From Pseudolabrys sp. (GTDB taxonomy: Bacteria; Pseudomonadota; Alphaproteobacteria; Rhizobiales; Xanthobacteraceae): a stretch of 64,000 nt of DNA. Position numbers and translations under genes: made by a program. The notes beneath the pieces were generated by a model. The model made no database searches and was not told the DNA's origin. It saw only the letters and a program-made list of their open reading frames with translations. Shown here in pieces: positions 60,447 to 64,000 of the stretch (its first letter is position 1; each line of letters opens with the position of its first letter). The stretch is taken from assembly GCA_041662425.1 (NCBI GenBank), contig JBAZSM010000002.1, forward strand, positions 38,159 through 102,158, in the 5' to 3' direction.

Positions 60447-61211
60447 ATGAGCTATCTCACCGTTTCAGATGTCAGCAAGACTTTCGAGCGCCGCGGCGAC
60501 CGCATTCAGGCGCTCGATCATGTGTCGCTCGAGGCCGAGTATGGCGAGTTCGTCTGCCTGCTTGGCGGCTCGGGCTGCGGCAAGTCAACGCTTCTCAACA
60601 TTATCGCCGGCCTCGACACGCCGACGCAGGGCGCAATCCTGATCGGCGGCAAGCAACTCACCGGCTGCCATCCCGACACCACCGTCGTGTTTCAGGAACA
60701 CGGCCTGTTCCCGTGGATGACGGTGCAGAAGAACATCGAATTCAATCTCAAGGCGCGCGGCGTCCCTTCCGCAAAGCGCCGCGAGGTCTCGACCGGTCTG
60801 ATCCAGACTGTCGGCCTCGTCGGTTTCGAGAAGAAGTACCCGCACGAACTATCGGGCGGCATGCGGCAGCGTGTCGGCATCGCGCGGGCGCTGGCGACCA
60901 ATCCGAAAATGCTGCTGATGGACGAGCCGTTCGGCGCGCTCGACGCGCAGACCCGCGCCGCCATGCAGGTCGAGCTGCTGCGCATCTGGCAGGCGCACAA
61001 GGCAGCGGTGGTGTTCGTGACGCACAGCATCGAGGAAGCCGTGTTCCTCGCCGATCGCATCGTCGTCATGACGCCGCGGCCGGGGCGCATCGGCACGATC
61101 ATCGACGTCAGGCTGCCGCGGCCGCGCGACCCGACCTCGCAGGACTTCAACGAAATCGTCCGTATCGCGCTCGAGAAACTTCACACACCCAGCGCCGCCC
61201 GCGCGGCATAG
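60447..61211 (+). CDS. ABC transporter ATP-binding protein
   Basis: MSYLTVSDVSKTF...GGSGCGKSTLLN...LSGGMRQRVGIARAL...LLMDEPFGALD... Confidence 0.95.
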   Translation: MSYLTVSDVSKTFERRGDRIQALDHVSLEAEYGEFVCLLGGSGCGKSTLLNIIAGLDTPTQGAILIGGKQLTGCHPDTTVVFQEHGLFPWMTVQKNIEFNLKARGVPSAKRREVSTGLIQTVGLVGFEKKYPHELSGGMRQRVGIARALATNPKMLLMDEPFGALDAQTRAAMQVELLRIWQAHKAAVVFVTHSIEEAVFLADRIVVMTPRPGRIGTIIDVRLPRPRDPTSQDFNEIVRIALEKLHTPSAARAA

Positions 61212-61219
61212 GGGCCGTC

Positions 61220-62107
61220 ATGTCGTCAAACCCCCGCATTCCGCACCAATTGTCGAGCGACCGGCCGAAGCTCAAAGGCCCGAACGGCAAGCCGCTGATC
61301 GTGCATGTCGTCGTCAACCTCGAATACTGGCCGTTCGACAAGGCGTTGCCGCGCAAGATCCAGCCCGGTCCGCACGGCTTGGACAAGATCCCCGACGTGC
61401 CGAATTTCAGCTGGGTCGAATACGGCATGCGGGCGGGGCATCCGCGTATCCTCAAGGCGCTGTCGAGCCGCGGCATCACGGCGACCGCCGCGCTCAACGC
61501 CTCCGTGATCGATGCCTATCCGCGCGTTGCCGAAACGGCGCTGGAAGCCGGCTGGGAATTCATGGGCCATGGCTACATCCAGCAGCCGCTGCAAAGTGCG
61601 CCGGATGAGGTCGAGATCATCGAGAAAACGATGGCCAAGCTGAAGGATTTCACCGGGGTCAAGACGCAAGGCTGGCTGGGACCCGGTCTGAGCGAGACCT
61701 TCGATTCGCCGGACCATTTCAAGAAGGCGGGCCTCGACTACACCTGCGACTGGGTCGTCGACGACCTGCCGACCTGGCTACGGACCAAGCACGGCCCGCT
61801 GGTCGGTGTGCCGTATTCCCTGGAACTCAATGACAGCGTGCTGTGGGCCGGTTGGGGCCACGCCTCCGACGCGCAATACCTCCGCTTTATCGAGACGCTG
61901 AAGACCTTCGAGACCGAACTCAAGGACGACAGCCGCGTCCTGACATTGCCGCTGCACCCCCATCTTGCCGGCGTTCCGCACCGCATCACCTGGCTCGAGC
62001 GCATCCTCGATGTCCTGATGGCGCGGCAGGACGTCACATTCATGACCGGAGGGCAGGTTTCGGGCTGGTACAAATCGGTCGAGCCCCCTCCCCCCGCCAT
62101 GACCTAG
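61220..62107 (+). CDS. polysaccharide deacetylase family protein (PuuE/allantoinase-like)
   Basis: MSSNPRIPHQLSS...VVNLEYWP...WVEYGMRAGHPRILKAL..RGITATAALNASV...GHGY... The real start is the ATG at 61220; the long ORF-track start overlaps the ATPase gene. Confidence 0.75.
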   Translation: MSSNPRIPHQLSSDRPKLKGPNGKPLIVHVVVNLEYWPFDKALPRKIQPGPHGLDKIPDVPNFSWVEYGMRAGHPRILKALSSRGITATAALNASVIDAYPRVAETALEAGWEFMGHGYIQQPLQSAPDEVEIIEKTMAKLKDFTGVKTQGWLGPGLSETFDSPDHFKKAGLDYTCDWVVDDLPTWLRTKHGPLVGVPYSLELNDSVLWAGWGHASDAQYLRFIETLKTFETELKDDSRVLTLPLHPHLAGVPHRITWLERILDVLMARQDVTFMTGGQVSGWYKSVEPPPPAMT

Positions 62108-62115
62108 TATTGCAA

Positions 62116-62985
62116 ATGACCATTCCCGGCCTTTCGATAAATTTCTATCTCTGTCCGCCGGGCTACGGGGCCGATCGTTTCGCCGGGGAAGTGGCCGCCG
62201 CGGGCGCTGCCGCTATCGCGCTTTCGATCGCGGCATTCAACGAACTGGGCGCCGCCGGTTGCCGCCGCGCCGCGGCCGACAACGGGCTTGCGATTACGAC
62301 GCTCAACAGCGCCGGCGATTTCCTGATCTGCGACATGGCGCTTGCAGCGGCGCAGGCCGACAGCAATCTGCGCCTGATCGATGCGGCGGCGGAAATGGGA
62401 GCGCGTGCGCTCGTCGTGGTGACGGGTGGGCTGTCGGGCCAGGCCTTTCTCGACGATCACGAACTGCGCGACCGCAACCTCATCCGGCTTTCCGATGCAC
62501 ACAAGACAATCGCCGAGTCGCTCTGCTGGCTCAACGAGCGTGCACGCGCCGCCGATGTGCAACTCGCGCTCGAGCCGATCCATCCGATGGACATCCTGTT
62601 CAAGGGTGTCGTGAATTCGCTCGCGCATGCCGGCGCGCTGACCGAGGAAGTCCCGGGTCTCGGGCTTATTCTCGACGTCTATCATAGCTGGTGGGATCCG
62701 GGGCTTGCGACGCCGCCGGCTGCCACCGTGGGTGTGCAGATTTGCGGCCTCGATCAGGCCAATCGCGACATGAAGCCGGATCGTGTGCCGCTGGCCGAAA
62801 GCTTCCTGCCGGTGGCGCCGATCGTACGGCATGTCCTGAGCGCCGCGCCCGGCGCCTTCGTCGAATTCGAGATGTTCGATCGGCATCGCCGCGGCCGCGA
62901 GGTCAAGGACATCGTGACGGCGACGATGACGGCGTGGCAACAGATCGTTGCCGAACTGGAAGGTCCTGCCGATGCCGTTCGCTGA
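62116..62985 (+). CDS. sugar phosphate isomerase/epimerase (xylose isomerase-like TIM barrel) family protein
   Basis: MTIPGLSINFYLC...AAEMGARALVVVTGG...ALEPIHPM...LDVYHSWWDP... ATG at 62116. Confidence 0.7.
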   Translation: MTIPGLSINFYLCPPGYGADRFAGEVAAAGAAAIALSIAAFNELGAAGCRRAAADNGLAITTLNSAGDFLICDMALAAAQADSNLRLIDAAAEMGARALVVVTGGLSGQAFLDDHELRDRNLIRLSDAHKTIAESLCWLNERARAADVQLALEPIHPMDILFKGVVNSLAHAGALTEEVPGLGLILDVYHSWWDPGLATPPAATVGVQICGLDQANRDMKPDRVPLAESFLPVAPIVRHVLSAAPGAFVEFEMFDRHRRGREVKDIVTATMTAWQQIVAELEGPADAVR

Positions 62986-63772
62986 ACTTCACGACGCCAA
63001 AATCTACTACGAGAGCCACGGCACCGGCGAGCCCGTAATCCTGGCGACCGGGCTTGGCGGCATCGCGGCCTTCTGGCGGCCGCATATCGAGGCGTTGGCG
63101 AAACATTTCCGCGTTATCGCCTATGACCATCGCGGCACCGGGCAGAGCACCAAAAGCCCGCCGCCTTACAGCGTCGATGACATGGCCGCCGATGTGCTCG
63201 GCCTGATGTCGTATCTCGGCATCGATCGCGCGCATTTTGTCGGTCATTCGACCGGCGGCGCGATCGGGCAAATCCTCGGCGCCCGTCACGGCTATCGCTT
63301 CAAAAGCCTGCTGCTGGCGGCCACCTGGGGCCGTCGCGATCCGTTCTTCAAGCGCTGTTTCGACGCGCGGCTGCCGGTGTTGCACGCGCTTGGGCCGAAG
63401 CCCTATGTCGAGCTGACGAGCCTGCTGCTTTATCCGCCGAAGTGGATATCGGAGAATTACGAGACGCTGCTTGGTCTTGAGGCGGCAAACGCGGCGGCGA
63501 TGAATCACATCGATATTCTCGAAGCGCGCATCAAGGCGATCTGCGATTTCGACATGAGCGCGGAGCACGGCAACATCAAGCTGCCGACCATGATCGTCTC
63601 GGCGCGGGACGACATGACGACGGCGTCGTTTTTTGCCGAGGAATTGCACCGCGCCATCAAGGGCTCGACGCTGACCATGCTCGACTGGGGCGGTCACTTC
63701 TTTCCAGTGACGGCGCAGCCGGCCTTTGCCGCGATCCTCGCCGACTGGCTGCATTTGCAAGCCGCGCGCTGA
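62972..63772 (+). CDS. alpha/beta hydrolase
   Basis: MPFAELHDAKIYYESHGTGEPVILATGLGG...AYDHRGTGQS...HFVGHSTGGAIG... (GxSxG nucleophile elbow). 14-nt overlap with the upstream CDS. Confidence 0.88.
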   Translation: MPFAELHDAKIYYESHGTGEPVILATGLGGIAAFWRPHIEALAKHFRVIAYDHRGTGQSTKSPPPYSVDDMAADVLGLMSYLGIDRAHFVGHSTGGAIGQILGARHGYRFKSLLLAATWGRRDPFFKRCFDARLPVLHALGPKPYVELTSLLLYPPKWISENYETLLGLEAANAAAMNHIDILEARIKAICDFDMSAEHGNIKLPTMIVSARDDMTTASFFAEELHRAIKGSTLTMLDWGGHFFPVTAQPAFAAILADWLHLQAAR

Positions 63773-63811
63773 CGGCGACGCCGCGCGACACGCTGCCGCC
63801 GACGTTCATCC

Positions 63812-63850
63812 AAAAAGAGAGGCCCCCGGCTCTTGCGAACCGAGGGCCTC
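63812..63850 (-). terminator. intrinsic terminator for the convergent minus-strand gene at the window end
   Basis: GAGGCCC..GGGCCTC stem. On the minus strand it is followed by TCTCTTTTTG. Confidence 0.55.
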
Positions 63851-63936
63851 AACGGGAGGGACAGTGCCGGGTTTCCGCCCCTACCGCGGCTCGTAAGGCA
63901 GCATGAGCGCGAGGCCCATGCTGCCCGTGTGGCGTC

Positions 63937-64000
63937 CTACTGCACGGTCTCGCCGTGCAGGGTGATGTCGAGACCTTCCTCTTCGCCGGCTTCGGACGGA
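63937..64000 (-). CDS. 3' end of an unidentified minus-strand CDS (runs off the window)
   Basis: My translation gives ...SEAGEEEGLDITLHGETVQ* with stop at 63937-63939, coding-like codon usage, and hairpins downstream. Product unknown. Confidence 0.35.
   Translation of the reverse strand, partial: PSEAGEEEGLDITLHGETVQ

Overview
High-GC alphaproteobacterial chromosome segment (Rhizobiales, Bradyrhizobium/Rhodopseudomonas-like by gene order and repeat families). It spans the replication-origin neighbourhood. Gene order: hisE-hisF-hisA-hisH-DUF2628-hisB, rnk, hslV-UPF0314-hslU, smr, mltA, Tim44-like, fxsA, secB, dnaQ, coaE, maf, DUF299. Then a 378-bp gap that is the likely oriC, followed by hemE, hemJ, rho, pcaHG with LysR regulators and a chemoreceptor. 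Next come mnmE-mnmG-rsmG-parA-parB with three parS palindromes, holA-lptE-leuS, several regulators, a HerA-like ATPase, xthA, lolA-like, ftsK, and an amidase/ABC-transporter catabolic cluster. I saw no rRNA, tRNA, CRISPR array, transposase or integrase. Most of the window is conserved housekeeping, and most long ORFs antisense to these genes are high-GC shadow ORFs. I found no convincing multi-gene novel system. The unusual items are isolated: (1) an XRE/HigA-type HTH fused to a dCTP-deaminase/dUTPase-fold domain that looks degenerate, in a small AT-rich pocket after hslU with two orphan small ORFs, one of them histone-H1-like; (2) an HWE kinase, a bacterial SET-domain protein and about 380 nt of hairpin-rich non-coding DNA ending in a terminator, between holA and parB; (3) an in-frame, roughly 80-codon, partly AT-rich insertion in the G domain of mnmE; (4) a chemoreceptor signalling domain fused to a UrtA/AmiC-type binding domain; (5) an extra ORF inside the leuS-lptE-holA string; (6) an amber codon replacing the conserved Glu of a cNMP-binding protein; (7) two families of palindromic intergenic repeats and several short tandem duplications. 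All product calls rest on reading the translations by eye. No searches were run.
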